Positions 1-9,323 of a stretch of 64,000 nt of DNA are shown here, in pieces; the first letter of the stretch is position 1, and each line of letters opens with the position of its first letter. This stretch comes from Thermoguttaceae bacterium (GTDB taxonomy: Bacteria; Planctomycetota; Planctomycetia; Pirellulales; Thermoguttaceae): assembly GCA_050949645.1 (NCBI GenBank), contig JBMNGC010000001.1:558963-622962 (forward strand), read 5' to 3'. Made by a program: the position numbers and the translations under genes. Under the pieces are notes generated by a model that made no database searches, was not told the origin of the DNA, and saw only the letters and a list, made by a program, of their open reading frames with translations.

Positions 1-122
1 TCGTGTTATTGTTCGAAAGCTCTTTTGCGCTATAATGGGCGGGCGTCTTGAGAGAAAAGAAACGGAGTTTCGCTTGAAGGCGCGACCACCGCTGAAAGGA
101 ATTTGCAGAGTCGGAGGAAGTC

Positions 123-995
123 ATGGGACTTTACGATCGGGACTATTACAGGAACAGACAGGAAACCCGGAGGAGAAAGAGTTCTGGTCTTTCCGCGGTC
201 GCCCTTATCATCTTGCTCAACGTCGTCCTGTTTTTTATCAACCAAGGAACAGGCAACGCGCTATTTGAAACAATGGCGCTTAGCGGGAGAACGACGAGCA
301 ATCCTCTCCAGTGGTACCGCTGTTTGACATATGCGTTTGCCCATGATCCGTCGAATTTTAATCACATTTTTTTCAACATGCTCGCGCTTTTCTTCTTCGG
401 CCCTGCCGTAGAACTTCGTTATGGTAAACGCGAGTTCGTCTTCTATTACCTTGCTTCGGCAATTTTCGGCGGCATTGTCTGGAATGTCCTACATTTTGGC
501 GTGGTCCAATATTCAGCTCTTGGAGCGTCGGGCGCAATTTCAGCGGTCATTATTCTTTTTGCGTTTAACTTCCCGCGCGCGCAGGTTCTGCTTTTCTTTA
601 TTATCCCCATGCCGATGTGGGTAGCAGGCGTGTTGTTCGTTCTTTTGGATACGTTTGGTTTGTTGGGCGGCGGTAATATTGCACACGACATTCACCTTTC
701 CGGCGCCGTCTTCGCCGCGGTGTACTATTTTTCCAATATGCGAATTTCCTCGATCCTTTCGAGGAAGAAGCGCAAATCCTTCTCACGCTCGTCTTCAGCG
801 GCGGAAAATCCTGCCCACTCCTATACGAATTCCAACTCTAATCAGGCAGGCTCCGCTTTCCATGATCTCGAGAAAAGAGTCGACGAAATCCTTCGGAAGA
901 TTGCTCTTTCCGGCGAAGAAAGCCTGTCGGAGAAAGAGCGCGAAACCCTTCGATTCGCGAGTCGAGAGTATCAAAAACGCAAAAACCAGCGGTAA
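123..995 (+). CDS. Rhomboid-family intramembrane serine protease
   Basis: 290-aa ORF with GGAGG 5 nt upstream of ATG 123. It has multiple hydrophobic helices. Catalytic-type motifs GASGAISAV (Ser) and HLSGAVFAAV (His) sit in successive helices. The C-terminal tail is charged and soluble. Confidence 0.85.
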   Translation: MGLYDRDYYRNRQETRRRKSSGLSAVALIILLNVVLFFINQGTGNALFETMALSGRTTSNPLQWYRCLTYAFAHDPSNFNHIFFNMLALFFFGPAVELRYGKREFVFYYLASAIFGGIVWNVLHFGVVQYSALGASGAISAVIILFAFNFPRAQVLLFFIIPMPMWVAGVLFVLLDTFGLLGGGNIAHDIHLSGAVFAAVYYFSNMRISSILSRKKRKSFSRSSSAAENPAHSYTNSNSNQAGSAFHDLEKRVDEILRKIALSGEESLSEKERETLRFASREYQKRKNQR

Positions 996-1052
996 TGACG
1001 CAGATTCAAGATTTTCCACCCTTAAACGTTTAAGGTTAATGGAGCTTTTACC

Positions 1053-2243
1053 ATGAAACATTTTGTTCGCGGCTCGCTTTGGATTTTTTTCTACTCGCTC
1101 ACATTTGTCCTTTACCTCGTCTCTTCTCCAATCCTTTTCGCGCAGGATGCGCGTCCGACCGTTGATATTTCCCATGAGGTCGAACGACACGTTGTTATTG
1201 CCCAAGGGACCCCGGACGTGTATCAGGGGCACCCGTATCTCGCGAAAGATCCGGACGATTCGCTGCTCGTCGTTTGGAACATCGGTCATGGAGGCTTTGC
1301 AGGTCCGATTGCGAAAAGCGTCGACGATGGTCTGACCTGGACTCGACTCGATTCCGGGGCGCCGGCGGGATATAAAAAACACAAGAATTGCCCGAGCGTT
1401 TATCGACTTGTCAACGCGGACGGCAAAGTTTTTCACTGGGTTTTTACGGCGCAGCCGTTAATGCCTCGAATCGTAAGCGCTGACGGCGGCGAGACCTGGG
1501 AAGAGAAGGAACCGCTTGGCTTTTCCAATGTCATGACGTTCAGCTCGATCATTCCCCGACGACCAGGAGTCGAGGATGGCAATTACCTTGGATTTTTCCA
1601 CCGTCGTCGCGCGGCGAGCGGCGAGATTCTCAACGAAGAGCCGCCAGTGAAGGGACGTCTTGAAGTCGTTATGTCAGAAACGAAGGACGCCGGTTTCACT
1701 TGGTCCGAACCTCGCGTCGTTGGCGACGTTGAAGGTCGCGACCTTTGCGAACCCTTTGCTTTCTGGTCCCCGGATTCCAAGGAAATATGTTGCCTCATGC
1801 GTGAAAATACCCATCAAGATCGCAGCATGGTCATGTTCAGTCAAGATGGCGGAGCAACGTGGACGACGCCCGAAAAAACGGCCTGGGAGCTCACCGGCGA
1901 CCGTCACATTGGCACGTACGTCAACAGAGACCGACTCTTTATTGCTTTCCGCGACCAGGCGCCGGGGAGCGAGACGCGCGGTCACTTTGTCGGCTGGGTC
2001 GGAAGATACGAGGATATTAAAGAGGGTCGACCCGGCGATTATCGAGTGAAGCTTCTTCACTCGTTCGCTAAGAATACGTGGGACTGCGGCTACCCCGGCG
2101 TTGCGCTTCTTTCCGACGGCACAGTCGTCGCTCTGACCTATATCAAATACAAAGACGACGAAAACCAACATTCTGTTGTTGAGACGCGTTTTACGATGGA
2201 CGAACTCGATAAAAAAGCCGCTGAACTTCAAAAAAATAAATAG
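1053..2243 (+). CDS. Secreted BNR/Asp-box repeat protein, sialidase-superfamily glycoside hydrolase-like
   Basis: 396-aa ORF with a hydrophobic N-terminal signal-like segment. Four Asp-box repeats (S-x-D-x-G-x-T-W) are present: SVDDGLTWT, SADGGETWE, TKDAGFTWS, SQDGGATWT. Substrate cannot be inferred. Confidence 0.75.
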   Translation: MKHFVRGSLWIFFYSLTFVLYLVSSPILFAQDARPTVDISHEVERHVVIAQGTPDVYQGHPYLAKDPDDSLLVVWNIGHGGFAGPIAKSVDDGLTWTRLDSGAPAGYKKHKNCPSVYRLVNADGKVFHWVFTAQPLMPRIVSADGGETWEEKEPLGFSNVMTFSSIIPRRPGVEDGNYLGFFHRRRAASGEILNEEPPVKGRLEVVMSETKDAGFTWSEPRVVGDVEGRDLCEPFAFWSPDSKEICCLMRENTHQDRSMVMFSQDGGATWTTPEKTAWELTGDRHIGTYVNRDRLFIAFRDQAPGSETRGHFVGWVGRYEDIKEGRPGDYRVKLLHSFAKNTWDCGYPGVALLSDGTVVALTYIKYKDDENQHSVVETRFTMDELDKKAAELQKNK

Positions 2244-2363
2244 CAACGTTATATTATTTCATATAATTCTCGCGGCTCCCTTCCTAACTGTGACGGTTGG
2301 CTGCGAGCATGCCTAAGACTGACAGCCGACATTTGGCGTCAAATCGCCGACACAACGCCTCGA

Positions 2364-2396
2364 AGAGCGAGCGAAATTTTTTGCTCGCTCTTTTTT
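2364..2396 (+). terminator. Intrinsic terminator downstream of the BNR-repeat gene
   Basis: Perfect 9-bp stem AGAGCGAGC / GCTCGCTCT with a 10-nt loop, followed by a T6 run. Confidence 0.6.
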
Positions 2397-2600
2397 AGAA
2401 GATTCTAGCGACAGAAACGCGAATCTCTATAAATTTTCTACGGCTATTGAAATTTGTCTCTGCCCCTGCTAAACTGAGCCCGGTTGTCATTTGCGAGACG
2501 CGGCCGTTTTTCGCTCGTAAACCGAATTAAAAAGGGAGGCGACTCGCGTGCTGTTACATTTTGGCGGCGTTTCGACGTCGGCGAGTTTCGGGGGGTTACG

Positions 2601-4109
2601 GTGAAAAAATCTTATTTAGCTATTGATATGGGCGCGTCGAGCGGACGACTTGTGGTTGGTCATTTCGACGGAAAGAAAATTGAGCTTGAGGAGCTTCACC
2701 GTTATGAAAACGGTCCTGTCGATATGAACGGTTCGCTCTTCTGGGATCTGCCGGGTCTTTGGAATAGCGTTCAGAAGGGTCTCTACGTCGTCGGCGCGAA
2801 ATACGGTGAGCAGATCGCTAGCGTCGGCGTTGACGCCTGGGGAATTGACTTTGCGTTTCTCGGTCGCGGCGGCGTTCTCTTGGGCAACCCGTACTGTTAT
2901 CGTGATTCTCGTACCGACGGAGCTATGGAGCGTGCGTTCGATATCATGCCGCGCGAGGAAATCTTTGCGCAGACCGGGCTCCAGTTCATGGAGTTCAATT
3001 CACTGTATCAGCTTATGGTCATGAAGGAACAGAATTCGCCGCTTCTCGACGTGGCCGAACGTCTGCTTCAGATTCCCGACCTTTTCCACTGGCTGCTCTC
3101 CGGCGTTGAAAGTAACGAGTTCACGAACGCCACGACGACCCAATGCTATAATCCGATCATACGCTCTTGGGCGTTTCCGCTCCTCAAGCGGTTCGGACTT
3201 CCGACGACGCTCTTCCAGCCGACGACGGAGCCTGGCACAACGCTTGGCTTGCTTCGTCCGAAGATTGCGCAGGAAACCGGTCTCACCGCTGCGAAAGTCG
3301 TGTTGCCTGGTACTCACGACACCGCGAGCGCTGTTTTTGCAGTTCCTTCTTCTAGTCCTCTTGGCGCTGCCGACTGGGCCTATATTAGCCTTGGCACTTG
3401 GGCGCTGATGGGAATTGAGTCTGCGCGACCGGTGGTTAACGACGTCGTCGCGAAGTTTAACTTTACGAACGAAGGGGGCGTCTGCGGAACGACGCGCATT
3501 CTAAAGAATATCTGTGGGATGTGGCTCTTCCAGGAGTGCCGTCGCAACTGGCGCCAGGAGGGTAAAACGAACGCGGCTGGTCATCCAATTGACTGGGAAG
3601 ATATGAACGTCCTTACATCAAACGCGACTCCTTTTCAGACGTTTATTGATCCGGACGCGCCCGAATTTGCCAAGCCCTCCAACATTCCAGAGCTTATCCG
3701 AGATTTTGCGAAACGCACCGGCCAGACGGTCCCCGAATCGGACGGCGCCGTCCTCCGCGCGATCGTTGAAAGTCTAGCGCTCAAGTTCCGCCACGTTCTC
3801 GGTATGTGCGAAGAGATTGGCGGTCGTAAAATTGAAGTGATCCACATCGTCGGCGGCGGCGTTAAGAACAAGATTCTTATGCAGGCGACAGCGGATGCGA
3901 CCGGTCGTCGCGTTGTTTGCGGACCAACCGAGGGTACGGGCGTCGGTAACGTGCTTATGCAGGCGATCGGCGCGGGCGACGTCGCGAATGTCGAGGAAGC
4001 GCGCGAGATCGTTCGCAACAGCTTTGAGCTCAAATCCTATGAACCGACCCCGAGCGAGGCCGATCGTTGGGACGACGCTTATGGGCGCTTCATGCAGATT
4101 CTGAAATAA
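2601..4109 (+). CDS. rhaB: Rhamnulokinase (FGGY carbohydrate kinase family)
   Basis: The N-terminus KSYLAIDMGASSGRLVVGHFDGKKIELEELHRYENGPV...SLFWDL is typical of rhamnulokinases, and the length fits the FGGY fold. The track ORF starts at TTG 2484. The conserved core begins at GTG 2601 (or ATG 2625), so I place the start there. Confidence 0.8.
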   Translation: MKKSYLAIDMGASSGRLVVGHFDGKKIELEELHRYENGPVDMNGSLFWDLPGLWNSVQKGLYVVGAKYGEQIASVGVDAWGIDFAFLGRGGVLLGNPYCYRDSRTDGAMERAFDIMPREEIFAQTGLQFMEFNSLYQLMVMKEQNSPLLDVAERLLQIPDLFHWLLSGVESNEFTNATTTQCYNPIIRSWAFPLLKRFGLPTTLFQPTTEPGTTLGLLRPKIAQETGLTAAKVVLPGTHDTASAVFAVPSSSPLGAADWAYISLGTWALMGIESARPVVNDVVAKFNFTNEGGVCGTTRILKNICGMWLFQECRRNWRQEGKTNAAGHPIDWEDMNVLTSNATPFQTFIDPDAPEFAKPSNIPELIRDFAKRTGQTVPESDGAVLRAIVESLALKFRHVLGMCEEIGGRKIEVIHIVGGGVKNKILMQATADATGRRVVCGPTEGTGVGNVLMQAIGAGDVANVEEAREIVRNSFELKSYEPTPSEADRWDDAYGRFMQILK

Positions 4110-4135
4110 GGCCGATAACGTTGAGTCAAGTTTAG

Positions 4136-4174
4136 ACCGCTCTTTTGAATGATTTCAAGAGAGCGGTTTTTTTT
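4136..4174 (+). terminator. Intrinsic terminator of rhaB
   Basis: Stem ACCGCTCT..TTGAA / TTCAA..AGAGCGGT followed by a T8 run, 27 nt after the rhaB stop. Confidence 0.7.
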
Positions 4175-4352
4175 ATCGTCTTTGATCGAGAGAACCGTGC
4201 GTTGTCGATCTCACTCGCTTGTCATAGTTCTTTTTTGGGGTATACTAGGCGGGAGGGCGAGGATGCGTGAACGGTTCGACGCGCCCTTGTTTACCAGTCG
4301 ATTGCAAGACGCCTTGGGGCGCTTCCATCGGTTTCGTGTGCAAAGCCTTTGC

Positions 4353-5108
4353 ATGAAGGCTCCGTTTGTCTCGGAGACATTCGATATGGACTCTGATCTT
4401 TCACAAAACGCAACGCGAACAGGGGACAAGACCGTCGTCCTTTGCGCAAGCGCCGAAGAGGCTGTTGCAGTTCGTCCTAAACGTAAAACTTTTATACTCT
4501 TCCGACCCTTTACGGCGTGTCAGAGGTTTATCCGGTTCCTCTATGACTGGGTTCTCTCTTGGGCGCATTCGAGGTTCGGGACGATTGCGCTCGCGGTGCT
4601 TGCCTTTACGGAGAGCTCATTTTTCCCAATTCCTCCTGACGTTCTGCAGCTCGCTCTTTCAGTCGAGCGACCGAAGCGTTCCTTTTACTATGCCGCGGTG
4701 AGTGCGATTTCGTCCGTCTGCGGAGCGGCTTTAGGGTGGTACATCGGCTACGCGTTGTGGGAGGCAGTCGGGCCAGTTTTTGTTCCGGCTATTATTTCAG
4801 AAGCCAACATGGCCAGAGTTGCCGCGTTTTTCTCCAAATGGGGCTTTAGCGCGCTCTTTATTGCCGCCTTCACGCCGATTCCATTTAAAGCGTTTACGAT
4901 ATCCTCCGGTATCGGGGGAATGGCGCTGCCCCTTGTTCTCTTCGCATCCCTCATTGGACGAAGCGCTCGATTTTTCCTCATGGCCACTCTGGTGTTTTGC
5001 CTCGGTCCAAGAGTTGGGAAATGGATCGACAAGTATTTTGGATGGCTTACGATCGCGCTTCTTGTGTTGTTCTTCGGCGGGATTTACGGCATTAAATTCT
5101 TCATATAA
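4353..5108 (+). CDS. YqaA/DedA-type (VTT domain) inner-membrane protein
   Basis: Contains the motif FTESSFFPIPPDVLQLAL followed by 4-5 hydrophobic helices. The track start at 4149 lies inside the rhaB terminator hairpin, so a later start is more plausible. I used ATG 4353; ATG 4263 and ATG 4386 are alternatives. Confidence 0.7.
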   Translation: MKAPFVSETFDMDSDLSQNATRTGDKTVVLCASAEEAVAVRPKRKTFILFRPFTACQRFIRFLYDWVLSWAHSRFGTIALAVLAFTESSFFPIPPDVLQLALSVERPKRSFYYAAVSAISSVCGAALGWYIGYALWEAVGPVFVPAIISEANMARVAAFFSKWGFSALFIAAFTPIPFKAFTISSGIGGMALPLVLFASLIGRSARFFLMATLVFCLGPRVGKWIDKYFGWLTIALLVLFFGGIYGIKFFI

Positions 5109-5174
5109 GAGCGTTGCGCTGCGCGACGTCATTACTTGGACGTCGGCGCAACTCGTTGACCAGGGAAACTTACA

Positions 5175-6995
5175 ATGGTAAAAGACTCCAAGGATCTTTT
5201 TGACAGCAGCGATTCCGTGCGTTCAGGTAGGCCACTCGCCCACGCGCAAACCGCTGTCTTCCCTGGTCCCATTACGCTTACGACCGGCGGCGTTTTGCCG
5301 GAAGTGCGCGTTGTCTATGAGACTTACGGCGAGCTGTCGCCGCACAAGGATAATGCGGTTCTTATTTTTCATGCTCTTTCCGGAGATTCTCATGTCGCCG
5401 CGCATAACGAAGAGGATGATCCGGGCTGGTGGGACCTACTGGTCGGTCCTGGAAAGTATGTTGACACGAATCGCTACTTCGTGATCTGCGCGAACGTTCT
5501 TGGAGGATGCCGCGGTACGACGGGACCTGACAGCATCAATCCTGAGACGGGCAAGGAATACGGGATGAATTTCCCGCCGATCAACGTTGCGGACATTGTC
5601 GACGTACAACGCATGTTGGTAAAAAAGCTTGGAATTGAGCGACTCCTGGCGATCATTGGAGGATCGCTAGGCGGCCTCATGGCGCTCGATTGGGGCGCGC
5701 GGTATCCCGACAGCGTTGCCGGAATTGTAGCGATTGCGACGGGAGCTCGGATGACGATGCAGGCGCTCGCGTTTGACGTCGTTGCAAGAAACGCAATTAT
5801 GAGCGACCCTCATTTCTACGGGGGCGAGTATTACCACAAGGCGGAAGGACCTTCGACGGGGCTTGCGATCGCGCGAATGCTTGGGCACATAACGTATCTT
5901 TCGCAAGAATCGATGAACAAGAAGTTCAACGCGAGTCGCAACGTTGGTCGCAAGATCGATACGTCTTTCGAAACAAAGTTTTCGGTTGGTTCGTATCTTG
6001 CGTACCAAGGCGGCAAATTTGTCGAGCGGTTCGACGCGAACAGCTATCTCGCGCTGACACTAGCGCTTGACGCCTTTGATCTTGGGTCTGACCGCGAAAG
6101 CCTTATTTCTGTAATGCGTCGTTCGATGTGCCGGTGGCTCTTCGTGAGTTTCAGCTCCGACTGGCTTTTCCCGACCTTCCAGTCGCGCGAGCTTGTCGAC
6201 GCGGCGATTGCCGCTGATAAACGCGTCAGCTATTGCGGAATCAAGAGTGATTGCGGACATGACGCGTTCCTTCTCGAGAGCGAATTGGACGTCTATGGCG
6301 GACTGACGCATTCTTTTCTGCACAACTTGAGCCTTGATTGGCAGCGCGACAATCCGAAGCGTCGCGAACAGATCAAAGCGGACTATGGAAAGCCGGCGCC
6401 GGAGAGGAAAGAGCGCGTCGATTATGACACGATTCTTTCGCTCATACCGCCCAAGACGAAGATTCTGGACTTAGGCTGCGGCAAGGGCGAGCTTCTTTTG
6501 CGCCTCAAGGAACGCGGTCACGACCGCGTCATGGGCGTCGAATTAGAGCAGCGCCGCGTCCTCCAGTGCGTTGAGAATGGTCTGGACGTGATCATGTGCG
6601 ACCTTAATGACGGTCTCACGTCTTTTTCGGATCACCAATTTGATTTTGTCGTGCTCTCTAAGACGCTCCAGCGAATCCACAACGTTGAGATTGTGCTCGA
6701 AGAAATGCTGCGCATCGGCACGAGAGCGATCGTGAGTTTCCCGAACTTGGGATATAAGAAATATCGATCGCAACTTAACGAGGGCTACGCTCCGCAGACA
6801 GATCCGCGTCCGGGCAAGAAATGGTACAACACGAAGGACGTTCGTTACCTCACGATCGCCGATTTCGAAGAGTTTTGCCATGAAAAAGGCTATAAGATCT
6901 TCCGCAAGGTCGCGCTCAATTCGGAAACAGGTCAGGTTGTTACATCGCGTGAAAATGAGGAAGCCGACGTAGTCGTTGTTGTTTTTGGCAGATGA
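5175..6995 (+). CDS. metX: Homoserine O-acetyltransferase MetX fused to a MetW-like methyltransferase-fold domain
   Basis: The N-terminal ~390 aa are an alpha/beta hydrolase with the MetX nucleophile elbow GGSLGGLMAL. The C-terminal ~190 aa are MetW-like (ILDLGCGKGELLLRLKERG...VELEQ...CDLNDGL). Both lie in one uninterrupted 606-aa frame. Confidence 0.85.
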   Translation: MVKDSKDLFDSSDSVRSGRPLAHAQTAVFPGPITLTTGGVLPEVRVVYETYGELSPHKDNAVLIFHALSGDSHVAAHNEEDDPGWWDLLVGPGKYVDTNRYFVICANVLGGCRGTTGPDSINPETGKEYGMNFPPINVADIVDVQRMLVKKLGIERLLAIIGGSLGGLMALDWGARYPDSVAGIVAIATGARMTMQALAFDVVARNAIMSDPHFYGGEYYHKAEGPSTGLAIARMLGHITYLSQESMNKKFNASRNVGRKIDTSFETKFSVGSYLAYQGGKFVERFDANSYLALTLALDAFDLGSDRESLISVMRRSMCRWLFVSFSSDWLFPTFQSRELVDAAIAADKRVSYCGIKSDCGHDAFLLESELDVYGGLTHSFLHNLSLDWQRDNPKRREQIKADYGKPAPERKERVDYDTILSLIPPKTKILDLGCGKGELLLRLKERGHDRVMGVELEQRRVLQCVENGLDVIMCDLNDGLTSFSDHQFDFVVLSKTLQRIHNVEIVLEEMLRIGTRAIVSFPNLGYKKYRSQLNEGYAPQTDPRPGKKWYNTKDVRYLTIADFEEFCHEKGYKIFRKVALNSETGQVVTSRENEEADVVVVVFGR

Positions 6996-7174
6996 GCGCG
7001 AGGAATGGCGTTTCGTTCCGAAGACGTCGTGAAAATTTACTTCAAAATCCGACATTTTTGGCGTCGCCGCCTTGACGACGTCCCCGCCTGTCCCTTATAT
7101 TACCACAATCGATATTACTCTGTAAGTTAATCGCTGCGCTTGGAGCGCGCGTTCGCAGATAAAGGATAAACTCA

Positions 7175-8116
7175 ATGAAAAAATCGAAAAGAGCGGACGA
7201 AAGAAACAGTCTCGAACAACTCCTGCTTCGTTGGAAGCGTAAATATGACGAGAACAGAACAAAGACCCTTCAAGTGGTTCTCGTCTTCCTTTTGGTTGTT
7301 GTTGTGGTCTTGTTGTTCCGTTCAGGTATCTTTGGCGGCGCCGATAAGAACGACGTTGCGGACAACGCTTATTTTGCCGCAACTCAGTCTTCTTTCGCCG
7401 GCGTGAGCGCTCCCGACGCCGACGCGTTCGCCGCTGTGGCGTCCTCCTATGAGAATACGCCGACAGGCGCGCTTCTTCACATCAACGCAGGAGAAGCTTT
7501 CGTTCGTCGCGGACTTGCCGACGTCACTCGTAAGCAACGTTACAGCGCGGGCACGAAGCTTGAAGAGGGTGAGATGCTTGGGGATCCTGCCCAGAGCTAT
7601 TCTGCCGCCATCGAGGAATTTGAGAAAGCGCTTTCGAGCAGCAGCGACGCCGACGTCAAAGCGCGCGCCCTCTACGGTCAGGGCGTCGCTCATGAATCTC
7701 TCGCGTCCGTGGCTGATAACGATCAAAGTGTTGTTGAGGCTCTCAACGCGGCCAAGGCTTGTTACGAAAAAGTTCTTGAGGTTTCGCCGCAGTCGCCCTA
7801 CGTCCCCCTTGCTAAGGAATATCTTGGGCGTCTTGATTCCGAACATACCGTCGAGTACTACAAGGCTACCGCTCATGCATTCGTAACGCTTCCTGATCCT
7901 GCCGAGACTCCGTCGATTACCTCCGGAGACGATTCTCTTGAAGCGGGTTCCATGTTCGATCTTGGAGAAGAGTTCGATCTTCAAGACGACGATGAGGCCT
8001 CGTCCGCTGAGGAGACGCTCACTGGAGAAGAAGAGGGCGGATTGACGAGCGAAGAGGAAGAGAGCGCTGCGCCTGCCGAGGAAACGGCTGACGCCGAAGA
8101 GACTTCTGCCGAATGA
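7175..8116 (+). CDS. Membrane-anchored TPR-like protein with an acidic C-terminal tail
   Basis: AAGGA lies upstream of the ATG. The basic N-terminus is followed by one TM helix (VVLVFLLVVVVVLLF), then a helical-repeat region and an E/D/S-rich tail. No catalytic motif was seen. Confidence 0.5.
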   Translation: MKKSKRADERNSLEQLLLRWKRKYDENRTKTLQVVLVFLLVVVVVLLFRSGIFGGADKNDVADNAYFAATQSSFAGVSAPDADAFAAVASSYENTPTGALLHINAGEAFVRRGLADVTRKQRYSAGTKLEEGEMLGDPAQSYSAAIEEFEKALSSSSDADVKARALYGQGVAHESLASVADNDQSVVEALNAAKACYEKVLEVSPQSPYVPLAKEYLGRLDSEHTVEYYKATAHAFVTLPDPAETPSITSGDDSLEAGSMFDLGEEFDLQDDDEASSAEETLTGEEEGGLTSEEEESAAPAEETADAEETSAE

Positions 8117-8143
8117 TTTGATTTGGCGCGTCGGATTACAATA

Positions 8144-8180
8144 ATAACCGCAGCTCGAACAATCGGGCTGCGGTTATTTT
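8144..8180. terminator. Hairpin between convergent genes (possible bidirectional terminator)
   Basis: 11-bp stem ATAACCGCAGC / GCTGCGGTTAT with a 12-nt loop. It is A-rich upstream and has T4 downstream. Its 3' edge abuts the stop of the recombinase gene. Confidence 0.5.
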
Positions 8181-9264
8181 ATTGATCGCTTCTTTTGTTA
8201 GGAGCGTTGTCGCCTCCTCGGTCCTGTGATCGGGGATGATTTTTCATATAGACGTCGCGGAGGCGAGTCATATCGACGCGAGTATAAATTTGCGTCGTTG
8301 CAATACTTTCGTGCCCGAGCATCTCCTGAACCTGTCGCAGATCCGCTCCATTTTGGAGCATATGAGTCGCAAAGCTATGTCGGAGCGAATGGGGGCTGAT
8401 ATCGAAGGGCGCGCCGATCCGAACAGCGTATTTTTTCACAAGCTCCCAAAGCGCTTCACGGCGCAACTTCCGTCCGCGCCGCGAAACAAAAGCGTAAGGC
8501 GACTCAAGCTTGATCGTGGCGCTGCGCGGCGTTCGAACGCCCTGTTCGTCCATTTCGTCGTGCGCATCCCCTCGTCGCGCTTCTTTTTCTTCCAATCGTT
8601 TCTTATATGTAGCGTTCCGCTCAAAAATTTCCGCGCGCGCCGTTTCTAGCCACAGCTTATATGCTTCGATTGCGGGTTCGCCAAGGTTAAGTATCTGCTC
8701 CTTTGATCCTTTTCCAAGCCGACGACAACAAGAACGATCAAGGTAGACGTCGTCGAGTCGTAAATTGACGACTTCTGAAGCGCGCATTCCCGTCGCGTAG
8801 CAGAATTCTAGCAGGGCGCGGTCGCGAATCCACATTTCGTCGACATTCTCGCGGGGCTCGACGAGCAGACGGTCGATCTGACCACGCGTTAATACCGAGG
8901 GTAGACGATCCCACAGCTTCGGCGTAACAAGGAGTTCAGCGAGATTTTGTTTGATGGCGCCTTCTCCGACCAGAAAGCGAAAGAAAACTCGTAACGACGT
9001 CAAATTGCGCGCCGTCGACGCTGGAGAAAAATTCAATTCGCGAAGATAGTTCGCAAAGTCGCCGAGTTCCTGAATCGTTAGCTTTTCAATCGAACGTTCT
9101 CCAAGCCATTTATAAAAACGTATCAAATCAGCGCGATACGCGAAGCACGTATTACGGGAAAGCTGCCGTTCCCGGGCAATGTACTGAAGAAAACTCCCGA
9201 GCCAGAGCTGTTGTGAATCCGCAAGCTTTACAGTGTGCGGAGTTAGCGATCGACGAGGCGGCAC
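8179..9264 (-). CDS. Tyrosine site-specific recombinase, XerC/XerD family
   Basis: The C-terminal catalytic region HSLRHSFATHMLQNGADLRQVQEMLGHESIATTQIYTRV carries R..HxxR..Y. The N-terminal SAM-like domain is present. Start codon is GTG. It has a ~42-aa charged insertion and a basic C-terminal tail compared with typical ~300-aa Xer proteins. Confidence 0.85.
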   Translation of the reverse strand: MPPRRSLTPHTVKLADSQQLWLGSFLQYIARERQLSRNTCFAYRADLIRFYKWLGERSIEKLTIQELGDFANYLRELNFSPASTARNLTSLRVFFRFLVGEGAIKQNLAELLVTPKLWDRLPSVLTRGQIDRLLVEPRENVDEMWIRDRALLEFCYATGMRASEVVNLRLDDVYLDRSCCRRLGKGSKEQILNLGEPAIEAYKLWLETARAEIFERNATYKKRLEEKEARRGDAHDEMDEQGVRTPRSATIKLESPYAFVSRRGRKLRREALWELVKKYAVRIGAPFDISPHSLRHSFATHMLQNGADLRQVQEMLGHESIATTQIYTRVDMTRLRDVYMKNHPRSQDRGGDNAPNKRSDQ

Positions 9265-9323
9265 AAGCTTCTCCTATTAGCGATCTTACGGAATGAATTC
9301 ACGACCTTCAGCGGCAGTAGCGC

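Noticed and set aside
30-268. Short ORFs at the left edge (30..245 minus strand, 35..268 plus strand) and a possible gene entering from the left.
   Set aside because: They overlap the promoter and SD region and the start of the well-supported rhomboid gene. Frames 1 and 3 close within the first 51 nt, and the open frame 2 segment has no coding-like features.
2484-2600. Upstream TTG start of the rhamnulokinase ORF, and likewise the 4149 start of the YqaA-like ORF.
   Set aside because: The extra N-terminal residues are basic and atypical and precede the conserved kinase N-terminus. The 4149 start lies within the rhaB terminator hairpin. Downstream starts were preferred in both cases.
8179-9264. 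Tyrosine recombinase considered as the integrase of an integrated mobile element.
   Set aside because: It has Xer-type motifs and housekeeping neighbours. There is no adjacent tRNA, no direct repeats that I could see, and no phage or conjugation genes. The only tRNA in the window (30821) has no integrase next to it.
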